Shown piece by piece: positions 45,942 to 58,246 of a DNA stretch of 64,000 bases (position 1 is its first letter; each line of letters starts with the position of its first letter). Source of the DNA: Amoebidium appalachense (Eukaryota; Protista; Ichthyosporea); assembly GCA_963693365.1 (NCBI GenBank), contig CAVNZM010000005.1, positions 1,550,001-1,614,000 on the forward strand. Reading direction: 5' to 3'. Below the pieces are notes generated by a model. The model ran no database searches. It was not told the DNA's origin and saw nothing but the letters and a program-made list of their open reading frames with translations. A program made the translations under genes and the position numbers.

Positions 45942-46262
45942 GTTGGCACACACATGAATCACACGCAGCTACAATCACTCAAATTGCCACAGTGTACATG
46001 TCACATGTCCGTTCCAAATGAGAAACATAGAAAACCACACCTTAAAGTCGTAGCCCCGTGCCTTGCCTTCCAAATGCACGGTGTAGAGGTAGGCCTCCAC
46101 AAACGAGGCAGGGTCCTTAGCCAACATCACAGGCAGACACTGGGGGTGATTGATCCACCCACGGCCATTTGCGATGGATGCCTTGAGCGCGAGGGTCTCG
46201 CGCCAGAGTGCAACTAGTCCCTTGTTGTCGACAAGGTCCAGACGGCAAACGAAAATGCGCAT
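44926..46262 (-). CDS. Pyrimidine dimer DNA glycosylase / T4 endonuclease V family protein with a low-complexity C-terminal tail (2 exons, about 281 aa)
   Basis: Exon 1 46041-46262 (MRIFVCRLDLVDNKGLVALWRETL..NHPQ..YLYTVHLEGKARGYDFK, donor gtgtgg) and exon 2 44926-45549 (FDKLD..E...LQSKLARRD, acceptor ccgcag), phase 0. Matches the bacterial/archaeal consensus MRLW....LD.KGLVALWRE.L.....HPQ...YL..V..E...RGY.FD...KL..RD. Confidence 0.82.
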
Positions 46263-47020
46263 GGTGGCGGTGTGTGCGTTGATAATAAGTGCAGTGTGTT
46301 GTGTGCGTGATGGGAACAATGGATAAACGGACAAGAACTCAAAAAGCGAAGGTTTCAACTCCCTGGTAAAGGGTCAAGAGAAAGCTTGTTGTTTGTCTAC
46401 AAGGGAAACCGAGTTGAAGAGAGCTTGTTGTTTTGTCTCAAGGGAAACCAAGTTGAATGAAGATTGTAACGTGAGGCCACTCAGGCCAGTGCGTTTTATA
46501 GCACGGGGTGGAGCAAATAGGAAAACATGAACTCGGCATATCTAAGGAGGAACCACTTCTCGAACCAAAATGAATGCGAAAACAAAACAAAGGATGCATC
46601 CCCCGCCGCTGAGGGCCATATATGGAGCTAAATGGCATGCTCTGGTTGGCTTATTGGTTCAAAGACCATATATGGTGTTTAACAAGTTGCTTGGATTGGT
46701 GGGTAATGACATCACTATGAGGTATGTGAATTGGCCCCATTTCTAGCCAATCAATATGGTCCTCACTCCGGCAAAGAATGTGGCTCACTCTGATGACGTC
46801 ACCAATAGATCCATAAACTGTACACTCAGCGGCACGTGTTTTACCCTTCCAGTCCCAGTCCCAGTTTCTTTCGATTTTTTTGTTTTATTCTTGCATTGGA
46901 TGAAGGTTCTTGGAACATCTTTGAATATATACGTGGCACACACTCACATTAGTCTTTCAGAGATTTAACTTCCAGACACTTTATCTTTTAATTAGTAATG
47001 CTGGCGTGATCTATGCAAAC
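46263..47020. promoter_or_regulatory. Bidirectional promoter region between the glycosylase and PCIF1
   Basis: Divergent ATGs about 760 bp apart. CCATATATGG at 46616-46625 and 46666-46675, ATTGG at 46653 and 46695, CCAAT at 46747 and 46802, TGACATCA 46707-46714, TGACGTCA 46794-46801, CACGTG 46833-46838. Confidence 0.6.
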
Positions 47021-48526
47021 ATGAAGCGGCCGGGGTCAGCGAAAACGAGCTTCAAGGGCAAAAAACCCAAGACATCTGAAGGAACACCATCAGAAAAACA
47101 AAATGCAAGAGTCGATAGTGTTGTATCCATAGATATACAGCACACGCAAACAGAAACTAGGAGGCAGAAGCACCAACACACAAACGTAGCGCCTGCAGGA
47201 CACGAACTGCCCAAAGCTTACGGAAAAGACTATGTTCCTCGCTCAAAACTCAAGCCTTGGAACGAGAAAGAAACAGACAAAGATGCACTCGCATATGCAG
47301 CGAAAACAGTCGTCGGTGCGGAAAGTTACCCCACACCAACACAAGAGCTACTCAGACACAAGCTAGTCACTGGTTTGAGAGAGACACTAACGAATCGATG
47401 CAAAGCGGAAGGTGTGAGTGTGCCACTGAACGCATATGAGAGGTGGCACTTCATTGAGACGATGGCAGACAGGGGGAAGAAGGATGCGGACTCACTTGTT
47501 CCCAGTTGCGAAAAACCGTCCGGGGCACTGGTGAAACAGTTCGTCGCTTGTGGTTTAGATGCGGACGCGGCCAAGAGAATAGAGGGGGATATGGTGGTTG
47601 CAGCCAAGAGTGCAGTGAAGGCATTGAGAGACGGAAGTAAGAAGGGCGTCAACAAAGATACGTGTGAGGTGGTAAGGAATAAACACAATATGGATTTTGT
47701 TTCTGGCAAGGTGCTGGTAAAGCTCAACTACCCGCACTATGATAAACTTCGCGAGCTGTGGGTGCGTCATTCGGGCACACCGGGAACAGATGCAGACATA
47801 AATGAAACCAAACTTCACAACGCAATCTTCTGCCTCCTTTTGCGCTACAAATCGCTGCAGGGCCACGGGTTCCAAGCAGCCGTGCCCGAGCAGGTTTTTG
47901 ACGTTTTACTGAGCGAATTTGGGTGCAGGTTTGAGTGTTTTGCCTCCCCCCTCAACTGCCGTTATGCACCGTATGCCAGCGCATTTTTGGACACAGACTC
48001 ACGGTTCGGGTCTGTCGGGTCTTTTTTCGAATTTCGGCCTGCACATGGGGTTTACGAGGTTAACCCCCCCTTTGTGGCCGAGTTGATGGGGTCTATGGTC
48101 GACCACATGGAGAGTTTGCTCGCGTTAACCTCGCAAGCGTTGTGTTTTGTGGTGTTTATCCCTGGTTGGACTGAAACCGACGTGTGGGCACGCCTTTCCA
48201 CCGGAAAGTTCAATGCAAAACAAATTGTCATTGCGGCTATTGACCATGGGTACTCCTCGGGTGCGCAACACCAAGACAGAGACAGATATCGTGTTTCGTC
48301 CTTTGACACCGGCGTGTTTTTTTTACAAAACGACGCAGGGAAGGAGAAGTGGAAGGTGACGGAGAGTGTAGAGAAGAATATTAGGAAGGCCTTTGCGCAA
48401 GCGTTGCCAACAAAACAGGAGGCCCTGAGGAGGGTGAGGACGGGCAAGGGATTTGGGGCACTAGGGGCCTTGAAGGGGGAGAAGGAGGTGAAGGGGAAGA
48501 AGTTTAGGAGGCAGAAACGAAAGTAG
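47021..48526 (+). CDS. PCIF1: PCIF1/CAPAM-like mRNA cap adenosine N6-methyltransferase (intronless, about 501 aa)
   Basis: Motifs CLLLRY, GFQAAVP..VFDVL, FECFASPLN, SAFLDTD..FGSVGSFF, catalytic NPPF, LCFVVFIPGW, H.Y..GAQH, T.VFFLQNDAG. No WW domain seen in the ORF. Confidence 0.93.
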   Translation: MKRPGSAKTSFKGKKPKTSEGTPSEKQNARVDSVVSIDIQHTQTETRRQKHQHTNVAPAGHELPKAYGKDYVPRSKLKPWNEKETDKDALAYAAKTVVGAESYPTPTQELLRHKLVTGLRETLTNRCKAEGVSVPLNAYERWHFIETMADRGKKDADSLVPSCEKPSGALVKQFVACGLDADAAKRIEGDMVVAAKSAVKALRDGSKKGVNKDTCEVVRNKHNMDFVSGKVLVKLNYPHYDKLRELWVRHSGTPGTDADINETKLHNAIFCLLLRYKSLQGHGFQAAVPEQVFDVLLSEFGCRFECFASPLNCRYAPYASAFLDTDSRFGSVGSFFEFRPAHGVYEVNPPFVAELMGSMVDHMESLLALTSQALCFVVFIPGWTETDVWARLSTGKFNAKQIVIAAIDHGYSSGAQHQDRDRYRVSSFDTGVFFLQNDAGKEKWKVTESVEKNIRKAFAQALPTKQEALRRVRTGKGFGALGALKGEKEVKGKKFRRQKRK

Positions 48527-48619
48527 GCCTCGGTCTTTGGGAGTGAGGGGTCGTGTAGTGGTAGAGCTCAGTTTTTCCTTTCCTTCTCAGACTTCGCCTC
48601 CTCCTTTTTTTTTTTTTTT

Positions 48620-48673
<54 letters not shown>

Positions 48674-48713
48674 TTTTCGCCATTCAAAAATGATTTTTAT
48701 GTGGGAGGCCCCT

Positions 48714-48746
<33 letters not shown>

Positions 48747-50270
48747 CTTCGGAGATATGCATTTGGGGGATTTTCTTGATGTGCAAAATTATGCGCGGAT
48801 CTGCCGCGAGAATGATGACAACACGTGTTATTGAGTATGAAATTGTGTTAGCTGGTTCAAGTATATGTGTTTTTTAAGTTTTTGAATCGAGCTTGTGGGT
48901 TGATGCCTTTCCGTTTTGTTGTTGAGTGCAATTGTACTTGTTTTGAGTTCCATGTTTTTTTACTATTTACTTTTTTCGACGTTAGGATGTTTACCACCAT
49001 TTAACAGGTATATCACCAGTATTAGAGAGGCTCATGGGCTTCGTTTGCAACGCCATAATGGGTTCTATTAACCATCTTCAACTCCCAAATTTCTATAAAA
49101 CCCAATTCTTTTCAAAGGATATAATAAGATAGCCGTATACGTACGGTCGTGCAGCCGTACTCTGTGGTTGCATGGTCTATAAATGGTAATTACAGCTGGT
49201 CTTAAGCACCTCGAAGTTGAGAATGGTTGCTGCTATGAAAATGTGTGCTAAATCGGTCCTGCCCTGCCTCCCCCCCCCCCCCCCCCCAATTCCTCCCCAC
49301 CCCCACGCCCGATGACTTGGGCCTAGGATGGGTTCTGCTTAGGTTGCATGCTGCGCGTGTATGTAGCCGATGCATATGTTGCATACTTGATCATGAATGT
49401 GTGCTTATAAATGTGATCTGCACAGTGTTTCCCCTCATGCGTGTGGTTCTACTTCGTACTGACAGATGCCACCCGATTGCGAGGCCTCCTCTTCCCTCCC
49501 CCCCCTGCCTCCTCCGACTACTCCCCGTCCTCCTCACTTAGCCCGGCCGGCCGTCCGCCCACTCCACCCCAGCCAGACTGTCTCTCTACCCGGCCTGGCG
49601 CAAATGTGTAATACATGCTGACCTGCGGACACGCAGCAAACTCACTCTCTACTACAGACACACAAAGTCACAACAGCAACACGCACCTCTCTGTGTTGCT
49701 CTCATGTGGGCTCGGCCCTCGGGGGAGTGCGGGAGGGGAAAAGGGGAGGGGGGGGGGGGGGGGGGGGATAAGGGGGGAGGCCTGGGGGGAGGGGGGGGGG
49801 GGGGGATAAGGGGGGAGGCCTGGGGGGAGGGGGGGGGGGGGGGGGGGGGGGGACGGTGACCGGCTCTCATATTTGAGGGACGGGAGATCTAGAGCTCGAG
49901 AGGGGGGGGGGGGGGGGGGGGGAGGGGGGAGGGGGGGGGGGGGGGGGGGGGGGAGGGGGTGGGGGGGGGGGGGGGAGGGGGGGGGGGGGAGGGGGGGGGG
50001 GGGGGGGGGGGGAAGAAGCCAATACCGTCTATTTAGTATTGCTGAGATAGCCAACTGTGCACCCATGGCCAGGTGTATGTTTATTTTTTTTTTTTTTTTT
50101 AATTATCCTGTCCGTTTACTTTGCCCGGAGGCGCCCCTTAGGAGCCCCTCGCACGGTGCATGGGAACTACCGTCCTCCACTAATGAGCGCCAATGCTGTG
50201 TGTCCGTCGTCCCCTTAGCTAATATTAGATTTAACCAGCTAGAGTGCTAGTACTGTAGCAAGAAAGGGAA

Positions 50271-50500
50271 GGGCCCAAACACATCGGCTGAGTCAAATTG
50301 CTCCGAGCAGAATTTTTCTGCAAAATAAAACAGAGTTATTCTGCACAAAGCAGAATTACTCAGCAAAAGCAGAATCACTCTCCTTTTAAATAGCAGATTG
50401 ATTCTGCTAAAAGCGTAATCAATCTGCAAAAAGCAGAATTGTTCTGCTATCGAAAGCAGAATAATTCGGCTACAGGCAGAATAATTCGGCTAAGAACAGA
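50271..50500. mobile_element. Truncated MITE-like element related to 59638-60078
   Basis: Starts gggcccaaacaca, contains ttgctccgagcaga, then an array of about 20 bp palindromic agcagaat.attctgct units. Confidence 0.6.
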
Positions 50501-52299
50501 GACGGTTTGCTCTTGCATGGATACATCACGTGGGGCGCCACCACACCCCGAGTGGCGCAGGGTCCCCAAAATGTCCCCCGAATGCATCAGGTATGCGCTA
50601 TTAATAATATGGATGTTGTTCTGAACATCACGTGTCCATATGGCCACTTGTGTGTATACGTGTCACGGGTATGTTATCCGCAGTGTGTGCCTGCCCTCCT
50701 CCTCCTCCTCCTCCCCCCCCCCTCCCCGGGCCGGTCACCCATCCGGCTACTGAGTGTGCGCGTGCACGCCCCCAGCATTTGTCGTCACGGTGGCCAGCAA
50801 CAAGACGCAATTGCATCAACGTCAGACACATGTGATCACACATTTCGCTTACAGTACGATGTGTGTGTGTGTCACATATATTCAGCATATTGTGCCACAC
50901 ACGTGTGTATAAAGCGTGGTAGTGTTTGTGTGTTTGTGTGTATGTGTGCATTTGCGTGCGTGTGTGCGTGCGTGTGTAAGTGTGTGTGCGTGTGTGTACG
51001 TGTGACATTGTGACGTGGGTGCCCGTGCGTGCGTGTCCTTCAATATGCCGTTTGTGTGTGTGTGTTCATGTTACGTTGGATCATGATGGACCATGTACGT
51101 ACCAGGAGTACGTTGTAGCTTTCCTTTTTTTGACTTACCCTTAAATTAGCCGTACATGTACCATGGCTGAGCTAATATTAGCTGTGTGTGCGTTCGTATG
51201 TGCTGGGTGGCATGCACGTGCCTGTGGTGGGGCGTGAGTCGTGACACGTGGAGTCATTTGCAGCGTGACGCATCGCCTCAAGATCCACCAATCAACGATG
51301 TCGACCGGACAAACTTCCAAACTCCATTGCCTTGGTGAATATGCAGAGGAAGGGCAAATCACCAACCACACAACGATAGCAGCATAGCAACGCAAAAACA
51401 AGTACAAAAAGATTCGGCGTTCATCAGTATATATAATTAGATAAATAGACCTAAATTAGTATAACAAAAACATGTTAATGATTCACAAGCAACCTGTTTT
51501 AACTGGTATTAATGCAAATGCAACAAGGGAAACTGAGCGACATTTCCGAGGTTGTGCGGGGTGCGAGCCAAGTTCCACAACCCTGATTTTGCCCTCGTCT
51601 AATTTGCATCCAACCAGCTGGGCAGATCTAGGAGCTTTACCTTCCAGGGAGCCAATGGAAACGCCGGATTCAGTGGAACAAGGCAGAACAAGGAAACCCG
51701 GCATTTTCCTTGTCAGTCTCAACAAGGAAGGGTTGTTAATTAGTATTTATCATTGCCTGTTCGAAGAGCTATATAGCACTGGGCGGGGGAAATTTTTTTT
51801 GTGCATACATAGTCGTGCACCGTGCTGGCTTTACACTGGCGATGTTTTTCGTGGTTCGGCGGATCTGACACGTTCACTCGCCCACACACGCAAAAAAAAA
51901 AAAAAAAAAAAGCCTTTCAATTCTGTCACTTTGCGGTAGCCCACTGTGAATGCCCTTGGGTCTGCAAAGGTGCACTACCTGCAGTAAATTGGTTTGTTAG
52001 TATACATGTAGACATACAGAAATCAGGCACTACCCCCTTGATACTGGTACTGAATATTATCTGGTACATCAACGGTTGGCTTTAGTAAGCCCGTAACAAC
52101 AGCACACGGAATTCATGTGGACCACCATCCATACATTACTAAATTAAAAAACATTAGGAGAGAGGATTTCCACAAGCTGATGTCAGAAACTAATCTGCAA
52201 CAGCACTTCATTCCATCCCATAATATTAGATTTGGTTCTTGAGAAAGAGCGTCGGTGAAAAGGTGACCTGCCTACACCGTTTCACTTCATTCAGACAAA

Positions 52300-55124
52300 A
52301 TGCCACAACAGCAATGCCACGGACACGTATGGCCATGTGGGGCCAAGGGGCTGTTGTTTGCAATACTTGCAACATGCTCTGTGTTCTGTTTGCTCTGGGT
52401 CATTGCACTCTCCACCCCTAGTGCCAGCATAAAAATGATTACAGAGGCGGAAAATACGCGCCAGGTAGCATCAATTAATAAGGAATATGTGCCATTGGGT
52501 GGCGCGGATTTGGTTGATTCTGATTGGACGCAAAGGGAGGTGCAGCAGAGAATAATGGAGTGGAGGGCACGTGGCTACATTCCTATGAGTGCAAACAGTG
52601 GCAAGCCGTTTGACAGCGTCAGCAATATCACTGACTTGAAGGATGTGAGGTGGGTGTCCTCGACCCTACCATGACATTTGTGCATTGTAAACCCTGGGTT
52701 GGGATTTGTAAATTAGTGAGTGAGGGTCTGATACTATGGATAATAGTTCTAAGGCTCTGTTAGGGCATTAAAACCACCCACACCACCACCAAAAAATCGT
52801 AATATGGATACAATTGCACGTCATGCACATGCATTGCTGTTGTCTTAATTCAGCACGCACGCACTCTCACACTTGCGTACACGGGGAAAGACATGCACGC
52901 ACATTTATTTTCAGTTACATGGTACCCAAAATTCTCTGTCGCACTGACCATTGCACACACACATGTTCAAAGGTCTTAGGCAAATTTGAATGCACTTACT
53001 GACTTGCATACACGTAATTTCTCAGCATATCCTCCCCCTGCCGAGCTCTGCTCGAGGCACTTAGTCTGTAGCGCCCCATTTTGTAAACGCTACACTTTAT
53101 TCTCAGTTTTTTGCATGATGTGTCTCGAGACCCCGCTTTCTCCCCCCGATCCGCCTCTTGGCTCCCCCCCTCTTGGGGAGTCCGGGAACGGGAGAGTAAA
53201 AAAGGAAACCAACGTGCAACTCCAGTTTCAGGCCACAAGCACAATTATTCTGAGATATTGCAATTGAACACCGGCACAGACACGCACACGCACACGCGGA
53301 CGCCCACGCACACGCACACACATGCGCACACACACACCTACACACACACGCACACGCACGCGCACATGCACACACACACGCACACGCACGCACGCCTGCA
53401 CACACGCGCAAACCCGCACACGTGCACACACACACACTACATACATATGCACGCAGGCACGCACGCAGGCACGCACACACGCACGCACGCACGCACGTGC
53501 ACACACATCTTCACTTTTTCTCCCCGCTTCTTCTCACTACAGTTCCCTTATCCCCTGTTTAGTGGAACAAACCCTTCCCCCCTCCCCTCCCGCCCCAGCC
53601 CCACCCTTCTCTCCCGTGACTCCGTTCTCCGTCCAAACTCCATACCCCGCCCCACCCCCCCGCTCCCCATCTCCTTTCCCTCCCCCCCCTTGTAGGATGC
53701 CACTATTTTCTCACCTTACCTGCACGCCGTACGCTACCCCGTTGCATACTCAAACGGTTTGCCTTTTACAGGTGGTCTAAGGGTGTGACTATACCACAAG
53801 GTTTTAAAGTCGCACCAAGAGGACAAAAGCCAATCCCAGCACTCGTTCATTTTTTTAAAGCCGACCAGGGGTCAATCAGATTGACAGAATATATCAGCAT
53901 TTCAAGCGCCATGACACATTTGCCCAATGGGAAAGCCATACTGCACGCCATATATGGCAATCCACCCAACAATGCCTATCTTTCACATTTGATGGAGCAG
54001 GGCCTTGAGGTCCGCCCTTACAACAAAACGATTATTGATGAGAGGTGACATGGGAGGTGGAGCATGCGGGGGTGTTTGGGGGGGGGGGGGGGGGGGGGGG
54101 GGGAGGGGGGGGGAGGGGGGGGGGGGGGGGGGGGAGGGGAGAGGACGGAGAGAGAGTGAGGGGGAGGGGGGGGGGGGGGGGGGAGAGGGGGAGGGGAGAT
54201 GAGCAAAGGAAAAAAGAGATGGGGATGGAGATGGGAAGGGTTGTTTTTTTATATCAAGGCTTTTAGTGTTTTTGTGGGGGGGAAGAAGGGGGGGAGGGGG
54301 AGGGGAGGAGGGCAATCATCCCCGGAGGTTTATAGTCGAACTTAAAAGGCAGTTATCTGGAAATGATCCCACACCAAACCTGACAACAAACCCAACAAAC
54401 TCCCCTCGCCCCCCCCCCCCCCCCCCCCCCCCCTCCACCCCCTTCCACCCTCTTTCCCCCCCCCCTGCCCTTGCCCCTCCCCCCCCCCCTTCCCCTCCCC
54501 CCTCCCCTCCCCCCTCCCCCCCCCCCCTCCACCCCCTTCCACCCTCTTTCCCTCTCCCCCTGCCCTTGCCCCTCCCCCCCCCTTCCCCTGCTCCCCTCTC
54601 CCCCCCTCCCCCCCCCCCCTTTAGATTACTCCGTTCTGTACAGTGATATCTCTCGCCCCTCCCTCCGCCCCTCCCCCCCCCCCCTCCCCCCCCCCTCTCC
54701 TCATCCCCCTTGTGCACTTTCAAATTGCAACATTTGCATGTGTTGTAGTGAATGTGTACTCATACTCTGTAATACATTTTACCTTCCTCTACCCCCATCC
54801 CCCGGGTGCCCGGCCCCTATGCCCCAAAACACTCCACAGCAAGCACAATCACATGCTGAACAGACCCCCCCCCCCCCCCCCACCCCACCACCACCACACA
54901 CACACACACATCCACCGTTTTTCCTCTGCCCACTCACCCTTCTCCTTTTCCCCCTTTACAGGCTGGCCAAGTTGGGTAAGAACATCAGCACCAGCTACAC
55001 CATGGCACACTACTCAGATTTTGCACGGATCGACATTGTAAGTTCTTTGGGGGGGTTCTATTTTGACACCGATGCAGTCGTTGTGTCCAACCTGGAGCCT
55101 TTGCGCCACTCACCACTGGTATTT

Positions 55125-55160
<36 letters not shown>

Positions 55161-55872
55161 CCACTCCCCCCTTCCCTCCCCGCTCAATCCCTCCCCCCCA
55201 CCCCCCACTCCTCCAACTCCCTCCTTTCCACCCTCCCCCCTACCACCCTTCCAAACTCAAGCCAACCAACTTCCACTAGGGCCACCACCGTGAATCGTGG
55301 TGCATTTTCATAGAGATTGAAACACAGTATCACCTCCGTTATCACTCTCCCCCTACTTTGATTTCTGTGTACAACTATTGTGAAACCTTCTCCACAAGCC
55401 CATACCAACATTTCTAATCAGCACACACCAACGTTTGTTTCCAATCTTTCATCTTCCTTTCGAGACCAGATGCACTGCTACCACGACAATACTGCACTGG
55501 CACACGCGCACACACTGTCATACCTGGACATCTGAACATGAACAGCCCTACGTGGGCGGACGCTTACACACAAGGTGGCATACAAATACCACACACACAC
55601 ACACACACACACACACAACATGCACGCACACAACATGCACGCACACACGCGCACGCACACACGGGCACGCACACACGCGCACGCACACACACACACACAT
55701 ACACACACGCATACATGCACACACGCACACGCACGCACACACACACACACACACACACACCCACACACACAAATCCACACACACATACACACACACACAC
55801 ACACAAATACGCACACGCACACACGGACCCACATGCACGCACGTGCACACACACACACATACACACATACAC

Positions 55873-55962
<90 letters not shown>

Positions 55963-57036
55963 GCATACAAACACAGCTCATCACCGGCCAAGAAAACTAT
56001 GCCGACCCAGAGCCAGCCCCTGGGTCGATGGCTGCACCTGCAAATAGTGAATTTGGGAAATTTATGTTCGAGGCCATGTACGAGGCATACAATGCGGATT
56101 GCTGGACATGCCACCTAGTGCATCTTGCAAGACGATTGGCCAAAGAGAGGCCAGACAGTGTGCAGGTGAGGGGTTTTGATTGGTTGGATTGAAAGCATGA
56201 TGGATGGGATGTATCATTGGTTTCCAAAGTTGGTTATGTCAGCACTTATCCTTTAAGTGAAGCTTGCCTTCACGTCCTTCCACCCAGTCCATTGCCCCCT
56301 GTGTCCTGTGACCCTCATCCCCCCCCTCCCCTCCAGGTCATAAAAACCATGATACCATTTTACGTTCTCTCTCAGGCCACCTGACTGGGTCACTCGCTTG
56401 CCCTGCCACCCTCTCCCCCCATTTCCCACACCCACATATCTCTGCTGGCCCCATCCACTAGCCTCTCCCCCTCAGGCATTCACCACACAGTTTATCTGTT
56501 TTCAATCCCTCTCCCCTCTCCCCCCTCCCCCCTCCCCCCTCTTCCCCACCATCTTGATCCCCACCAGTAGCTTGTCCCACTTATACCCTCGATGAGTATT
56601 GATCCATAGGCTTACGCAAATTTACCCCTCCCCCCCCCCCCCCCCCCCCCCCCTTCAAAAAAAAGCTGCGGAAATGGAAAAAGAATGGAAAGTAGAAAGA
56701 AGGAGGAGGAGGATGATCAGGAAAGAAGAAAGGAGAAGAACAAGGGCAGCCAAGGGGGGAAGGGGAAAAGGGGGGAGGAGGAGAGGGCGGGGGGGGGGGG
56801 GGGGGGGGAGGGGTTTGGTTGGAGGAGAGGGGGGCGGAGGGGGGGGGGGAGGGGGAGGAAATGGCGCACTTAAAGAGGCCGTTATGAGCCAATAGGCCTG
56901 TGTTTGTCTGCGGATACCGAAACCATCTGCACATATTTCTCCTACTTGATGATCATGCTTAGATACCTCTTCCGCCTTATCAGCGTTTTACCTCCTTCAT
57001 TTGAAGAGGGTGAGAAAACCCCCCCTCTCCCTCTCT

Positions 57037-57067
<31 letters not shown>

Positions 57068-57432
57068 CCCGCCCCCTCCCCCTTTCAACACCAACCCATG
57101 CACCCACGCACCCACCCACGCACCCACCCACATACACAAACACATTTTCCAGACCGTCAACACAACCACCACCACCAACAGTATCGTGCTAACCTCATGT
57201 ATTCTTACAACCCCCCCAGGTGGCGCCTATTCCCTGGTTCAACCCTGAGAGGTGGGACGGAGAGAGTGCCGACCGTGTGCTTCTGAGCCCCCTCCTCTAC
57301 CCCGACACCTTTGCGCTGCACCTGTACAAAACAAACAGGGCAAAAATAGACGCACCGGAGTTTCTAGCCCAGATTGACGTGTGTAGGTCGGTGTTGTGCG
57401 GTGCTGTAAGACACTATTTGCATCCAAAGTAG
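52300..57432 (+). CDS. Glycosyltransferase family 32-like (DXD motif, alpha-1,4-GlcNAc/Gal transferase-like), type II membrane protein, 5 exons
   Basis: Phase-consistent exons 52300-52649, 53772-54044, 54962-55118, 55977-56165, 57220-57432. N-terminal TM anchor, IPALVHF, AHYSDFARIDIVSSLGGFYFDTD, MAAPANSEF, FALHLY. Confidence 0.88.
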
Positions 57433-58215
57433 ACTCTATACTTTTTTACCCCATCCCCCCCCCCCCCCCCCCCCCGGGGGGGGGGAAAGGGGGGGAGGCG
57501 AGGAGGGAGGGGGGAGGGAGGGGGGGAGAGGGGGGTTACTTGAGGGGTCTATCAATTAGGCGCGCGCGCGGGCAATATCTCAGGGCCTATGTAGTTGCCG
57601 TGTATTTTCCTGTGTAATATCCTTTATATATATAACGGCATTGTGACGCACACGTTCTACTAATAGTGTCTTTTGACATCCTCCGTATACTGAGATTTGA
57701 AGAATGCATCGAACACATGACCCCCACGGCAACTATTATCAACTTTTGCAAAGCATGCGTATGCCATCATTTGGATTTAGCCCAGCCCCTTGGATGTGTA
57801 TGCAATTAGCACTACACGTCACCTTGCTCAGTCACATTTTCCCGTATGTAGCATTGATAGGGTTAACACACATCATAATAGTGTAGGCTAATTTAGTGGG
57901 GATGAGCAACACAATCTCTGTGCCCTTTTTCTTTTTGTCTTTTTTTGTACATAAATTATTACTATCTTAATGACTTTGAAGCTCTGACAACTTAATCAAA
58001 AGACACGTGAAGGCATTGCGCATGTTTCCTCAACGTCCAGTAGGTGCCCCGGGGGAGGAATCGGAATGTGGCCGGTCCGGGAGACCCCCTTCCTACCTAT
58101 GCTACTCGCTTATGACTTACTGAGTTGAATAACCGTTACTATGGTGTACTTCTCATATAGTACCTTGACCAGGGGCCGGACCTATATAAGGGAGAGATGT
58201 GAACCAATTCCTCAG

Positions 58216-58246
<31 letters not shown>

